A DNA stretch of 64,000 nucleotides from Streptobacillus moniliformis DSM 12112 (GCF_000024565.1 NC_013515.1:786497-850496); one strand, 5' to 3'; counted from the stretch's first letter, positions 38,563 to 48,951 are shown. The notes: generated from the sequence alone by a model not told the origin. Translations and numbers: made by a program.

Positions 38563-39420
38563 TCATTTCAACTCCTTAAAGTATTTACTTCTTTTTATAT
38601 AATAAGTATAGCCCATCTTTTTATTAATTTCTACTATACCTACAAAAACATTATTAAAATATATCTTTAAATATTTGTCATTATCACTTATATTTTTAAG
38701 TTCAATAATCTTTGTCATCCCATTATATAATTGTTTGTATAAATTATTATCTACTTCAAGTTTTTTATAATCAAATATATCCTCTATTGAAATTTTCTTA
38801 TTTACATCATTAAGTGAAAAATTATTTATTTTTTCTCTAATTAATTTAGTCATAGTCCCATATGTATTTAAATCTCTACCTATATCTCTAACTAAAGCTC
38901 TAATATATGTCCCACTACTTACATCAGCTCTAAATGAAATAATATTATCAGAAAATGCTATATCATAAATATTTGTTATTTCCACTTCTCTACCTTCTAA
39001 TTCAAGTTCAATGCCTTTTCTAGCTAAATCATATAGTTTCACACCATTTTTTTTAATCGCAGAAAACATAGGTGGAATTTGCTTAAATTTACATATATAT
39101 TTTTTTACAATATCTTTAACATCATCTAAACATATATTAATTTCATGATTAATTTTATTAGTTACTTCACCCTCCAGATCAAGTGTATTAGTTTCATAAC
39201 CAAGTTCCATTTCTACATAATAGGTTTTAGAATGTTTCATTAAATAATCTGAAAATTTTGTAGCATCATTTGCCATAACTATCATTAAACCCTCTGCCAT
39301 AGGATCAAGTGTTCCAGCATGCCCAATCTTTTTTATATTCATTTCTTTTCTAACTTTTTGTATATATGAAAAAGATGTTATGTCTTTAGGTTTATTTAAA
39401 ATTAATATAAAATCGTTCAT
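38563..39420 (-). CDS. truB: tRNA pseudouridine(55) synthase
   Basis: HAGTLDPMAEGLMIV catalytic motif, PUA-like C-terminus. Confidence 0.9.
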   Translation of the reverse strand: MNDFILILNKPKDITSFSYIQKVRKEMNIKKIGHAGTLDPMAEGLMIVMANDATKFSDYLMKHSKTYYVEMELGYETNTLDLEGEVTNKINHEINICLDDVKDIVKKYICKFKQIPPMFSAIKKNGVKLYDLARKGIELELEGREVEITNIYDIAFSDNIISFRADVSSGTYIRALVRDIGRDLNTYGTMTKLIREKINNFSLNDVNKKISIEDIFDYKKLEVDNNLYKQLYNGMTKIIELKNISDNDKYLKIYFNNVFVGIVEINKKMGYTYYIKRSKYFKELK

Positions 39421-39436
39421 TTTTCTCCTTTTAAAA

Positions 39437-39457
39437 AATAGGCAATTATATATTGCC
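39437..39457 (-). terminator. Hairpin/partial terminator between the histidine kinase and truB
   Basis: AGGCAAT-ATATAT-ATTGCCT followed by ATTTTTTAAAA on the minus strand. Sits in the 36-nt gap before the truB RBS. Confidence 0.5.
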
Positions 39458-40983
39458 TAAGTATTTGAAACCTCGTTTATAATTATAGTTATTTTTGTTC
39501 CAACATTAACTTTTGATTCTATCTTAAAAAGATGATTTTGAATCTCAAGGATTCTTTTAAAAATAGATAATCCTAGTCCATAACCTCCAGTTTCTTTGTT
39601 ACGTGATTCATCTACTCTATAAAATCTATCAAATATTTTCTCTACTTCATCTTCTTTAATTCCACATCCTTCATCTCTAACGACAAACATTCCAGAATTA
39701 TTTTTTTTATCATATATACTTGAAATGTACACATTAGAATTTTCTGGTGAATATTTTAATCCATTTTCTATTATTATTCTAAGTGATTGTAATAATAGAT
39801 TTTCATCAGAAACAAATTGGAAAGTATCACTTTTTTCTATAACAACTTTCTTGTTTTGACTGACTAGTCTATAATCTGTTTCTATCTGATTTAAAATCTT
39901 TGTCGAGTTAATAATAACCTTATTCAACATTTTAATATTTTTCTCATCACCACGAGATAAAAATAGTAAAGATGTGATTAACTTAGTCATATTTTCACTT
40001 TCCTTGACTATAGATTCTGTAGATTCAATCAATAATTCATTTTTAGGTGTTCCTTTTTCCTCATCAGTAAATGATTTAATATATCTTCTATTAATAAGTT
40101 CAGCATATCCTTTAATTACCGAAATAGGTGTTCTAAGTTCATGCGAAACATCAGATATAAATCTTGATTGTTTATCAAAGGTAAGACTTATTTTATCTAA
40201 CATTTCATTTATTATATTAGTAAGATCAAATAATTCATCTTTAGCACTAGGATAAGGTATTCTACGAGATAAATCACCACGTGAAATCTCTTTGGATGTA
40301 CTAATGATATTTATTATAGGCTTTAAAATTCTTTCACTAATTTCCCTTGAAGTTAAAAATATTAAAATTAATCCTAATAATGAACTAAATAAAAATAATA
40401 ATTTTAAGGTATTAATAGTTTTAATATGTTGATCAATATTTTTTAATATATATACTTCAAATATTGCTCCCTTAATATTTCTAGTAAGTTTAACTATAGA
40501 AAAAGTTGATGATGTTGTATCATTACTTAATACAATCATTTTAGGAATAAGTATATTAGAATTAATATTACTAAATGTTTTTGGTAAATTATTATTATTA
40601 ATTGTAAAATCAAATGTATTTAATGCTATTACATCTAAATTATTTTTAGCAATAATATGTACAATATATTTAAAATCTTCTTCTCCTGGATTAAAAGGTT
40701 TTGGATATACTATTGTTTGATCTTTAATAACAGGTTCAAATTTTAATTTCAATTTTTTTTCATTATACTTATTAGTATAATCTTCAATTCTTGAAAAATA
40801 TGAATTTATCTCATTCACTTTAGTAGTGTATTGTGAAATTAAAATATTATTATGTTGCCTATTTAATATGAAAAACAAGATTACAGTTGAAAATATAGTA
40901 ATAAAAATAAAGACAAAACTAAAAGTAACTGTAATTCTATTCTTTATTCCAAATAGTTTTTTTAAATCATTATTTGAATACAA
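39457..40983 (-). CDS. Sensor histidine kinase (2 TM, HAMP, HisKA, HATPase_c)
   Basis: H-box SHELRTPISVIKGY, N/G boxes (ENGLKYS, DEGCGI, GGYGLGLSIFKRI). Overlaps the response-regulator gene by 14 nt. Confidence 0.9.
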   Translation of the reverse strand: MYSNNDLKKLFGIKNRITVTFSFVFIFITIFSTVILFFILNRQHNNILISQYTTKVNEINSYFSRIEDYTNKYNEKKLKLKFEPVIKDQTIVYPKPFNPGEEDFKYIVHIIAKNNLDVIALNTFDFTINNNNLPKTFSNINSNILIPKMIVLSNDTTSSTFSIVKLTRNIKGAIFEVYILKNIDQHIKTINTLKLLFLFSSLLGLILIFLTSREISERILKPIINIISTSKEISRGDLSRRIPYPSAKDELFDLTNIINEMLDKISLTFDKQSRFISDVSHELRTPISVIKGYAELINRRYIKSFTDEEKGTPKNELLIESTESIVKESENMTKLITSLLFLSRGDEKNIKMLNKVIINSTKILNQIETDYRLVSQNKKVVIEKSDTFQFVSDENLLLQSLRIIIENGLKYSPENSNVYISSIYDKKNNSGMFVVRDEGCGIKEDEVEKIFDRFYRVDESRNKETGGYGLGLSIFKRILEIQNHLFKIESKVNVGTKITIIINEVSNT

Positions 40984-41644
40984 ATCCTATACCTCTTTTT
41001 GTTTGAATGAATTTTCTTAAGTAAGGTTTATCAATTTTATCTCTTAGATATTTAATGTATAAATCTAATATATTATTATTACCAATTTGATCAAAGCCCC
41101 ACACTTCTTCTAATATACTATCTCTACCTAGAACTATACCTTTATTTAAGACAAGGTAGTCTAATAATTCAAATTCTTTTTTAGATAATTGAATTAATTC
41201 TCCTCCTCTATATACTTCATGTGCTGTATATGATATTCTTAAATCTTCAAATATAAAATCTTCTTTTTTCTTATTTTTCAGAGTAGAACGTCTTAAAAGT
41301 GCTTTTACTCTAGCTATTAATTCTTCATTCGAAAAAGGTTTTGTAATGTAGTCATCTGCACCATAATCAAATGATATAACTTTATCAGTTATTTGATCTT
41401 TTGCTGTTAAAAATATTATCGGTACATCAGAATCTTCTCTAATTCTTTTACAAACTTCAAATCCATTCATTTTTGGTAACATTACATCTAATAATATTAA
41501 ATCAAAATGATTATATTTTGCTGCTAATAAACCTTCTTTACCATCATTTTCAATTTGTATATCAAATCCTTCAAATTTTAATTCTACCTCTATGATTCTA
41601 GCTATTTTTACATCATCTTCTATAATTAAAATCTTTTCCTTCAT
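40970..41644 (-). CDS. OmpR-family response regulator
   Basis: Receiver (ILIIEDDVKIARII...LLDVMLPKMNGFE) plus a winged-helix C-terminus (RGIGFVFK). Confidence 0.92.
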   Translation of the reverse strand: MKEKILIIEDDVKIARIIEVELKFEGFDIQIENDGKEGLLAAKYNHFDLILLDVMLPKMNGFEVCKRIREDSDVPIIFLTAKDQITDKVISFDYGADDYITKPFSNEELIARVKALLRRSTLKNKKKEDFIFEDLRISYTAHEVYRGGELIQLSKKEFELLDYLVLNKGIVLGRDSILEEVWGFDQIGNNNILDLYIKYLRDKIDKPYLRKFIQTKRGIGFVFK

Positions 41645-41661
41645 ATTAAACTACCCTTTCA

Positions 41662-42981
41662 TTATTTATTTTTACCACAAGAGCATTGCTTAGATACAAA
41701 ACCTTCATTTGATTGTTCAGTATGAGAAATATCCATATCTGAATCTGATACACCCTCTGGTAATTTTACTCTAATTAAATCAAGTTCTCCCATTTCAACA
41801 TCAGTTTCAATTATCGCAATAGTATTTGGATGAACTATTTGTTCGTATTCTTCTGTTTTTACATTAAAGAATTTATCTAATCTAAATTTAACAGGATCTC
41901 TATTAGGTCTTATTAATTCAAGCTCTACTTCAGATGCTATAATTCTATTTCTAATTTGAAGTTTATATTTATTAGTATCAATTTTTTCTAATACATTTGC
42001 AACTAATTGATAAGTTTGTGAATAAGATGAACTCGTATTGTAGTTTTGATCAAATTCATTTGTAGAACCAAAGAAAAATCCTGATGAATATAATCTATGA
42101 CTTATTGTTTGCAGTTCATATAACCATTTTGGGTCATATTTATAATTTCCTGAATAATATAAATCTATAGCTTCTCTATATTGTTTAGTAACTGTTGAGT
42201 TATAATAAATAGATTTCATTCTTCCCTCAATTTTTAAGGAATCTACTCCAGCTTCTAAAATCTTATCTATAAATTCTATAGTACATAAGTCTTTTGCATT
42301 GAATATAAAAGTTCCACCTTCATCTTCTATTATATCATGTGCTCCTGTTTCTTCATGCCCTTCAGCAATTACCTTATAATTCCATCTACAATCTTGAGCA
42401 CATATACCTCTATTTGCATCTCTTGATGTAAAGTAGTTACTTAATAAACAACGACCAGATACAGCCATACACATAGCTCCGTGAATAAATACCTCAAGTT
42501 CAATATCAGGAACTTTTTCTTTTATTTGTTTAATTTCGTGTAAAGACATTTCTCTTGCAAGAATTACTCTAGTAGCCCCCATATCTCTATAAGCTTTAAC
42601 TGTCATCCAGTTTGTTGCATTAGCCTGTGTACTTACATGTATTTCTAAATTTGGTGCATGTTCTCTTACTTGTTGTATTATTCCTAAATCTCCAACAATT
42701 ACGGCATCTACATTTGCTTTTTCTAAGAATTTAATAAATTTAGGTATATAATTAACTTCTTGGTTATGTGCAAAAATATTTAATGTTACATAAACTTTTT
42801 TACCTAAAGAATGAGCATATTCAACTGCCTCAGTTAATTGCTTATCTGTAAAGTTTGCACTCATTCCTCTTAAATTAAATCCTCTACCACCTATATATAC
42901 TGCATCAGCTCCAAAATGAAAAGCTGCTTTTAATTTTTCCATGTTACCAGCAGGTGCAAGTAGCTCTGCTTTTTTTATCAT
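41662..42981 (-). CDS. Peptidase U32 family protein (short paralog)
   Basis: LLAPAGNMEKLKAAFHFGADAVYIGG, U32 Cys-rich signature (CMAVSGRCLLSNYFTSRDANRGICAQDCRW), C-terminal CSCG. Confidence 0.85.
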   Translation of the reverse strand: MIKKAELLAPAGNMEKLKAAFHFGADAVYIGGRGFNLRGMSANFTDKQLTEAVEYAHSLGKKVYVTLNIFAHNQEVNYIPKFIKFLEKANVDAVIVGDLGIIQQVREHAPNLEIHVSTQANATNWMTVKAYRDMGATRVILAREMSLHEIKQIKEKVPDIELEVFIHGAMCMAVSGRCLLSNYFTSRDANRGICAQDCRWNYKVIAEGHEETGAHDIIEDEGGTFIFNAKDLCTIEFIDKILEAGVDSLKIEGRMKSIYYNSTVTKQYREAIDLYYSGNYKYDPKWLYELQTISHRLYSSGFFFGSTNEFDQNYNTSSSYSQTYQLVANVLEKIDTNKYKLQIRNRIIASEVELELIRPNRDPVKFRLDKFFNVKTEEYEQIVHPNTIAIIETDVEMGELDLIRVKLPEGVSDSDMDISHTEQSNEGFVSKQCSCGKNK

Positions 42982-42990
42982 TATTCCTCC

Positions 42991-44382
42991 TTATTCCTCT
43001 TCAGTTTGTTTTGTATAATATTCATGTTCAAATTCAGGAGTAGGATTTAAAAATTTTTGTTTAGCTTTTTCAAATAATAAAACCATACTTCCAGTCTGTC
43101 CATTTCTATGTTTTGCAAGTAATAATTCAATAGGAAATACATTTTTTTGTACATCAGCTATATTATTTTTTCTTGCTTGATGATATTCTGGATTAAAAAT
43201 AAATAAAACTTGATCGGCATCTTGTTCAATAGATCCAGATTCTCTTAAATCAGATAAAATTGGTCTTTTATCCTCACGTGAATCAACTTTTCTTGATAAT
43301 TGAGATAATGCAAGTATAGGAACATTTAATTCTTTAGCAAGTAATTTTAATCCTCTTGATATCTCAGATATTTCTTGTTCTCTACTACCAGCCCTTGAAT
43401 TTCCTTGTATTAATTGAAGATAGTCAATAATTATTAATCCTATGTCCTCACCTTCTCTTTGTACATTTCTACAAGTATTTTTTATATTAGAAATAGTAGG
43501 AGTTGCTCCTGCATCAATTAATATTTTCATTTTTGATAATTTATCTAATGCTTGGCTATAATTTTGCATAATTTCAGTATTATTTATAAAACTAAGATCC
43601 TTAATTTTTTCTAGTTCTATATTTCCTACAATGGAAATTAATTTTTTTAATAACTCATCTTCTCCCATTTCTAAACTGAAAATCAAGACTTTTTTACCAC
43701 TTTCAGCAACATTTAAACCAATATTTAGTGATAAAGTTGTTTTACCAACAGATGGTCTTGCTGCAAGAATAATTAAGTTGCTCGGATGTAATCCTTTTGT
43801 TATTTCATCATATCTTTTGTATTTTGTTTTAATTGTTGTTTCAAGTAATGGATTTTCCTTTAAGGCTTTTATTCTATCAAATTCCTTATATGCAAGTGTA
43901 TCTATTCTAATAACACCATTATTAGCTGCATCATTATACAATTTACTTATCTCAAGTTGAGAATTTTCTAATATATTTTTAGAATCTTCATTATTATATA
44001 ATTGTTCATGAATATTTCTAGCTAAATCTGATAATTTTCTTTTTTTAGAATACTCAAGTATAATATCCAAATAAATCAAAGAATTAGCAGAAGAATATGC
44101 AGATTCAACTAAATTAAGTAAATAATCTAAACCTCCAATTTTTTCAAGTCTATTCTGTGTTTTAAGTATCTCGCTTAAAACATATACATCTAAATCTAAA
44201 TTATCTTTTTCATCAACATATTTTAACATTGCTTCATAAACTAATTTATTCGTTATTGAATAAAAATCATTTGGACTTAATAATGGTGTAATTTCACTTA
44301 ATAAATTAGGATCAATTAAAATAGATCCTAAAATCGATTGTTCAAAATGAACATTATGCAATGTATTTTCTAATTTTTCCAT
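42991..44382 (-). CDS. dnaB: Replicative DNA helicase DnaB
   Basis: N-terminal domain plus RecA-like domain (GLNVAESGKKVLIFSLEM, LIIIDYLQLI, arginine finger region). Confidence 0.93.
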   Translation of the reverse strand: MEKLENTLHNVHFEQSILGSILIDPNLLSEITPLLSPNDFYSITNKLVYEAMLKYVDEKDNLDLDVYVLSEILKTQNRLEKIGGLDYLLNLVESAYSSANSLIYLDIILEYSKKRKLSDLARNIHEQLYNNEDSKNILENSQLEISKLYNDAANNGVIRIDTLAYKEFDRIKALKENPLLETTIKTKYKRYDEITKGLHPSNLIILAARPSVGKTTLSLNIGLNVAESGKKVLIFSLEMGEDELLKKLISIVGNIELEKIKDLSFINNTEIMQNYSQALDKLSKMKILIDAGATPTISNIKNTCRNVQREGEDIGLIIIDYLQLIQGNSRAGSREQEISEISRGLKLLAKELNVPILALSQLSRKVDSREDKRPILSDLRESGSIEQDADQVLFIFNPEYHQARKNNIADVQKNVFPIELLLAKHRNGQTGSMVLLFEKAKQKFLNPTPEFEHEYYTKQTEEE

Positions 44383-44390
44383 AAAATCTC

Positions 44391-44843
44391 CTATAGACTT
44401 GTAACATTAACTTTTAATATTGCTTTTATATCTGCATAAAGTTTAATTTCAACATTATGTAAACCTATTGATTTTAATCTAGCATCATTTCCCATTTTCT
44501 TTTTATCTATTTCTACTTGAAGTTGTTGTTTAACAGCTTCTTCTATTTCTTTAGCTCCTAAAGACCCAAAAACTTTACCATCTTTTCCAAGCTTAACCTT
44601 TAATGTTATAGTATTTTTTTCTAAAATTTCTTTTATTTCATTAGCATGCTTTACTTCTCTTTCTATATTTTTAGAAATTTTATTCTTTTTATTTTCTAAT
44701 TTATTTATATTTTCAGGCGTTGCAGGAACAGCTTTATTTTGTGCAAATAAAAAATTATTTGCATATCCATCTTTTACTTCTATTATTTCATCTTTTTTTC
44801 CTACACCTTTTATATTTTCTTTTAAAATAACCTTTACTTTCAT
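44391..44843 (-). CDS. rplI: 50S ribosomal protein L9
   Basis: MKVKVILKENIKGVGKKDEIIEVKDGYANNFL. Confidence 0.93.
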   Translation of the reverse strand: MKVKVILKENIKGVGKKDEIIEVKDGYANNFLFAQNKAVPATPENINKLENKKNKISKNIEREVKHANEIKEILEKNTITLKVKLGKDGKVFGSLGAKEIEEAVKQQLQVEIDKKKMGNDARLKSIGLHNVEIKLYADIKAILKVNVTSL

Positions 44844-44854
44844 CTCTAATCTCC

Positions 44855-46222
44855 TTATTTTTCTATAGCATTAAATATAGAAATTATTTTATTTTTTATT
44901 TCTTCATCAAATTCTTCTTTTTCTTCACTTGTACCCTCGATTAATATGTTATATTTAAAACCAAATTTTTTCTCAAGTTCTTTTTCAAGAAAATCTATAG
45001 TATTTTCTGAATTTAAATATCTAAAATAGTAATTAGATCTATCATTTATTATTGTAATATTATTATTTTGCACAGAAATTTTAGTATCTTTTATTAAATT
45101 ATAGTATCTTTGTCTACCAAGATCATATAAGTGCTTGATAAAAATCTGCCATTTTTCTAAGCTAAATTCAATTTCTGTATTTGTCATATTAACTGTATTA
45201 ACATTCACACTAGTACTCATTTTCAGAATTTTATTTATTATTATATATGCTAATAATCTTTTATCTTCTTCATTCTTGTATTTAACCAATATTTCTAAAA
45301 CATTTGAAATAATATGTGTTTTTAAATCTAAATCAATATCTTGATGTTTAATATATTTACAGAAATCTCTTAAAAATTGATCAATTTGAATCCCTTCAAT
45401 CCATAATTTATCTATAAATGATATTAATTCATCTTTCTTATTTTCTATGATAAGGTTTGTGAAATTATTATAAAATATTTTAGAAACAACCCCTAATGCT
45501 TTCTCAGTTTTGTCTATAGTTATTTCATCTTCGTTATAATAATTTGAAGTAACCTGTTCAAAAATAGAAAAAGAATCCCTTGCAGATCCTTCTGATTTAG
45601 AATAAATTAACTCTAAACTTTCAGTATCAATATTAATATTTTCATTTTTAGCAACCTTTTTTAACATATTAATTATGTCAGTTTCACTAATAGTTTTAAA
45701 ATCATACCTTTGACAACGAGAAATAACAGTGTCAGGTATTTTCTCAATCTCAGTTGTAGCTAAGATGAATATAATATGTTTAGGAGGTTCTTCTAATATT
45801 TTTAATAATGCATTAAAAGCCTCTTTTGTTAACATATGCACTTCATCTATTATATAGACCTTTTTTCTACATTTAACTGGAAGATAACCTGTACTTTCTT
45901 TTAAATCTCTAATTTCATCTATACCCCTATTTGATGCTGCATCTATTTCAATTATATCTACAGATATACCCTTAGTAATTTCTTTACAATTTTCACAATC
46001 ATCACAAGGATTAGATGTAATTCCAGAATTACAATTTGCTCCTTTTGCAATTAACCTAGCAATAGTAGTTTTACCAACTCCACGTGGTCCATTAAATAGA
46101 TAGGCATGTGATAATTTATCATTATCTAAACTATTTTTTATTGCTCTTACTATATGCTCTTGTCCATATAACTCAGAAAAATTTTGTGGTCTATATTTCC
46201 TGTATAATGTTATGTTTTCCAT
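44855..46222 (-). CDS. dnaX: DNA polymerase III subunit gamma/tau (short, 455 aa)
   Basis: YRPQNFSELYGQEHIV, Walker A GPRGVGKTT, Zn module CDDCENC, DEVHML, SRC motif. Confidence 0.9.
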   Translation of the reverse strand: MENITLYRKYRPQNFSELYGQEHIVRAIKNSLDNDKLSHAYLFNGPRGVGKTTIARLIAKGANCNSGITSNPCDDCENCKEITKGISVDIIEIDAASNRGIDEIRDLKESTGYLPVKCRKKVYIIDEVHMLTKEAFNALLKILEEPPKHIIFILATTEIEKIPDTVISRCQRYDFKTISETDIINMLKKVAKNENINIDTESLELIYSKSEGSARDSFSIFEQVTSNYYNEDEITIDKTEKALGVVSKIFYNNFTNLIIENKKDELISFIDKLWIEGIQIDQFLRDFCKYIKHQDIDLDLKTHIISNVLEILVKYKNEEDKRLLAYIIINKILKMSTSVNVNTVNMTNTEIEFSLEKWQIFIKHLYDLGRQRYYNLIKDTKISVQNNNITIINDRSNYYFRYLNSENTIDFLEKELEKKFGFKYNILIEGTSEEKEEFDEEIKNKIISIFNAIEK

Positions 46223-46239
46223 TTTTACTCCTCTATATA

Positions 46240-46956
46240 TTATAGAACAACTTTTAATAATTTTTTTTGATCATCAGTTAAATAATTAATAGCAACATTT
46301 TTTCTAACTGCTCTATCAAAAAGAGTAATATAACTACCTTTATTTTCTTCAGGCTCCATTATATAATCTCCTTTTTGTATATATTCTTCTAAAGCTGGTA
46401 TGCTATCTTTTAATCTATAAATTACACCTAATTGTTTTTCTATATATTCTAAATCTATTATGGTTAATAATTCAGATTCTATTTCTTTCATTTCCTTTAT
46501 TTTGTCATAATCTAATAATAAATAGAAAATATTTTCAAGACCTATTGAAAATCCAACTATAGCTTTTCTTTCTTTTCTTAAATTATAATTAATTTCAGAA
46601 ATTAAAATATTTATTAAAACATCTTCATATTCATCTTCTTTTTTTTCAAAATCATCAAAATCAATGTTAGTTAATTTATCTAAGTAATTTTTAACTAGTC
46701 TTTTCATTCCCTTTGTATAATTTTTTGATTTATAATTATGGAAATATCCATTAGTTAATTCAGCTGCTAAATAATAGAAAAAAGTTTCATAATTTTCTAT
46801 TTCTCCATCAGTATCCTCAAATCCAATATATTCTAAAATAGCTGACTTCAAATCTTTATTATATGCATCAACTACATTTTTATAAACTTCATATTCTATG
46901 TTAAATAATCTAGCAAAATCATGTAATTTATTATACTCTATATTTAAATCTTCCAT
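46240..46956 (-). CDS. Hypothetical protein (acidic, 238 aa)
   Basis: No recognisable motif. Translationally coupled between dnaX and the upstream hypothetical gene. Confidence 0.4.
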   Translation of the reverse strand: MEDLNIEYNKLHDFARLFNIEYEVYKNVVDAYNKDLKSAILEYIGFEDTDGEIENYETFFYYLAAELTNGYFHNYKSKNYTKGMKRLVKNYLDKLTNIDFDDFEKKEDEYEDVLINILISEINYNLRKERKAIVGFSIGLENIFYLLLDYDKIKEMKEIESELLTIIDLEYIEKQLGVIYRLKDSIPALEEYIQKGDYIMEPEENKGSYITLFDRAVRKNVAINYLTDDQKKLLKVVL

Positions 46957-47783
46957 TATTTAATATGTCCTTTCAATAATTTTAAAAATTCCTTAGATGT
47001 TGTTATTTCATCTATATTATCCTTAGTTCTAGGATTAATTTTCTTATAAATATAAACATGTAATTGTTTTATAAATTCAAAATAATAGATATCTTTTCTA
47101 TCAAATAATAAAAGCAATAACATTATTATCTCTATTATAGTTAAATCAATACCATTAATTAAAGTAGATCCCTTTTGCTTAAATTGTTTAAGCAAGGTAG
47201 TTTCTAAAGGTATTTTAACTAAATCTAAAACAAATTTAGCAGTTATATTAGTATCTCTTTTTAATGGACTTTCATCAATATTAAACATACTACCTATATC
47301 TGTCAAATTTATTATTAAATCTATATTATTTAATCTTTCTATATCAAGGAAATTTTTAAAATATTCTCCTTTTTCAAGTTTTATTGTATTATTTGATTTT
47401 ATAGATGCTAAATGTATTTTATTAATTTGATTTTCTTTAAGAGCCTCATATATTGCATTAAAATATTCATTAGTTTCAAGTATCAATACATTTGAATTTT
47501 CAATTTTAAAATTTGAATATTTAAGTAATTCTTTGAATGCTATTTTTTTTAAAAATATTTTTTCAACTAAATCATCTTTTTTAAAAATAAAGTCATATTT
47601 ATTTTTTAAATTATCTTCAAAAAAAGCAGCATCATATTCTTTTAAATAATCATCTAAATTCTCTAATTTATCTTCAACATGATATAATTCAGAATTTAAA
47701 TTTTTAACCTCTTTAATTCTAGTATGCAGTATTTTATAAATTTCAAAATTATTTTTATTACCCACATAAGCTATTTTTTTCAT
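46956..47783 (-). CDS. Hypothetical protein with shikimate-dehydrogenase-like C-terminal region, lacking a glycine-rich NAD motif
   Basis: C-terminus AKFVLDLVKIPLETTLLKQFKQKGSTLINGIDLTIIE resembles the AroE C-terminal YnP.eT.ll..A...G...i.Gl.ML pattern. Start overlaps the rsuA stop (ATGA). Confidence 0.35.
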   Translation of the reverse strand: MKKIAYVGNKNNFEIYKILHTRIKEVKNLNSELYHVEDKLENLDDYLKEYDAAFFEDNLKNKYDFIFKKDDLVEKIFLKKIAFKELLKYSNFKIENSNVLILETNEYFNAIYEALKENQINKIHLASIKSNNTIKLEKGEYFKNFLDIERLNNIDLIINLTDIGSMFNIDESPLKRDTNITAKFVLDLVKIPLETTLLKQFKQKGSTLINGIDLTIIEIIMLLLLLFDRKDIYYFEFIKQLHVYIYKKINPRTKDNIDEITTSKEFLKLLKGHIK

Positions 47784-48472
47784 AATAAGCTCCTCAATTC
47801 TTCATATGTAAGTTCCCTATATTCTCCTAAATTTAATTTTTCATCTAATATTAATGAACCCATAGATATTCTTTTAAGATATTTAACTTCATTATTAACA
47901 GCTTTAAACATACGCTTAACTTGATGAAATTTGCCTTCAGTTATAATTATATATAATTTATTATCATCAACTTTAATTATTTTAGATAGTCTTGTAATTA
48001 TTCCTTCTCCTATATCTATTCCCTTTTCAATATTACTTATATCATCAGATGAAATATCTTGACTTAATTCAACATAATATTTCTTTTCAACATGTTTCTT
48101 AGGTGAAAGTAAATTATGTGCTAAATCTCCATCATTTGTTAAAAGTAATAATCCTTCTGTATCAATATCCAATCTACCTACAGGAAATAATTTATATGTT
48201 TTAAAATCTGTAATTAAATCTAAAACTGTTTTTTGTTTATTATCATTAGTTGCACTAATATATCCCTTTGGTTTATTTAACATAATATATCTAAATTTTG
48301 TATAATTAATTACATTATTTTCATATTTAATTATATCTTTTGTTTCATCAATTTTCAAATCAGAGGACATTACAATTTTATCATTTACAAATATTTTCCT
48401 GTTTTTAATAATTTCTTTAACTTCTTTTCTAGTTCCTATCCCACTATTAGCTAAAAATTTATCTAATCTCAT
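47780..48472 (-). CDS. rsuA: 16S rRNA pseudouridine(516) synthase RsuA-family (S4 domain + RsuA catalytic domain)
   Basis: S4 domain MRLDKFLANSGIGTRKEVKEII, catalytic GRLDIDTEGLLLLTNDG. Confidence 0.9.
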   Translation of the reverse strand: MRLDKFLANSGIGTRKEVKEIIKNRKIFVNDKIVMSSDLKIDETKDIIKYENNVINYTKFRYIMLNKPKGYISATNDNKQKTVLDLITDFKTYKLFPVGRLDIDTEGLLLLTNDGDLAHNLLSPKKHVEKKYYVELSQDISSDDISNIEKGIDIGEGIITRLSKIIKVDDNKLYIIITEGKFHQVKRMFKAVNNEVKYLKRISMGSLILDEKLNLGEYRELTYEELRSLL

Positions 48473-48477
48473 ATATT

Positions 48478-48513
48478 TCCCTTTATATAAAAGGGATGCA
48501 ATAAATGCATCCC
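48478..48513 (-). terminator. Rho-independent terminator downstream of the frameshifted small ORF
   Basis: Minus strand GGGATGCA-tttat-TGCATCCC followed by TTTTAT. An adjacent second hairpin CCCTTT-atataa-AAGGG is present. Confidence 0.65.
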
Positions 48514-48898
48514 CTAGTTTTTCATTTCAAAATACCCTGGCTTTGATGACTTACATTTTTCAATTAAATATTCTATTAAAGCTTGAAATTCCTTGTTAGA
48601 ACTCTTATCGTAAATATCTGGTAAATTCTCAAAACTTTGATTTTCTACTATATATTTCTTTACTATATCTTTTTTTTCTTCTAAATTCACTATTTTTTGT
48701 TGATAATTTAACTCCCTTTTCATCAATTTTATCAAAATCAACAGAAAGAATCCTAGAGTTTTTTATGATAACTCTTATTGTTAATGTATAATCATTTTTT
48801 TTATATGATGCTTCATACTTACCGTCATTATAGTTTGAAAAAGTTGTAATACCTATAACCATTAGAAGCATTAACCAAAATCTTTTCATGAATATCAT
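48514..48898 (-). pseudogene. Small exported protein (signal peptide plus FMN-binding-domain-like region) split by a frameshift in an A8 homopolymer
   Basis: ORF 48629..48898 (signal MKRFWLMLLMVIGITTFS, DGKYEASYK...ILSVDFDKIDEKG) and ORF 48514..48741 overlap in different frames. The frames swap at the A8 run (minus strand, + coordinates 48670-48677). A 1-nt change would give a single ~128-aa product. Confidence 0.55.
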
Positions 48899-48951
48899 CC
48901 TCCTATTCTGTTATATTTTATCATATTTTTATCATTTTTTCAAATAAAAAT

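Noticed and set aside
41662-42981. Second U32 peptidase next to the two-component system as a collagenase or virulence factor.
   Set aside because: Bacterial U32 proteins are now known mainly as O2-independent rRNA/tRNA hydroxylation factors (RlhA/TrhP). A signal peptide is absent. There is no sequence basis for a secreted-protease role.
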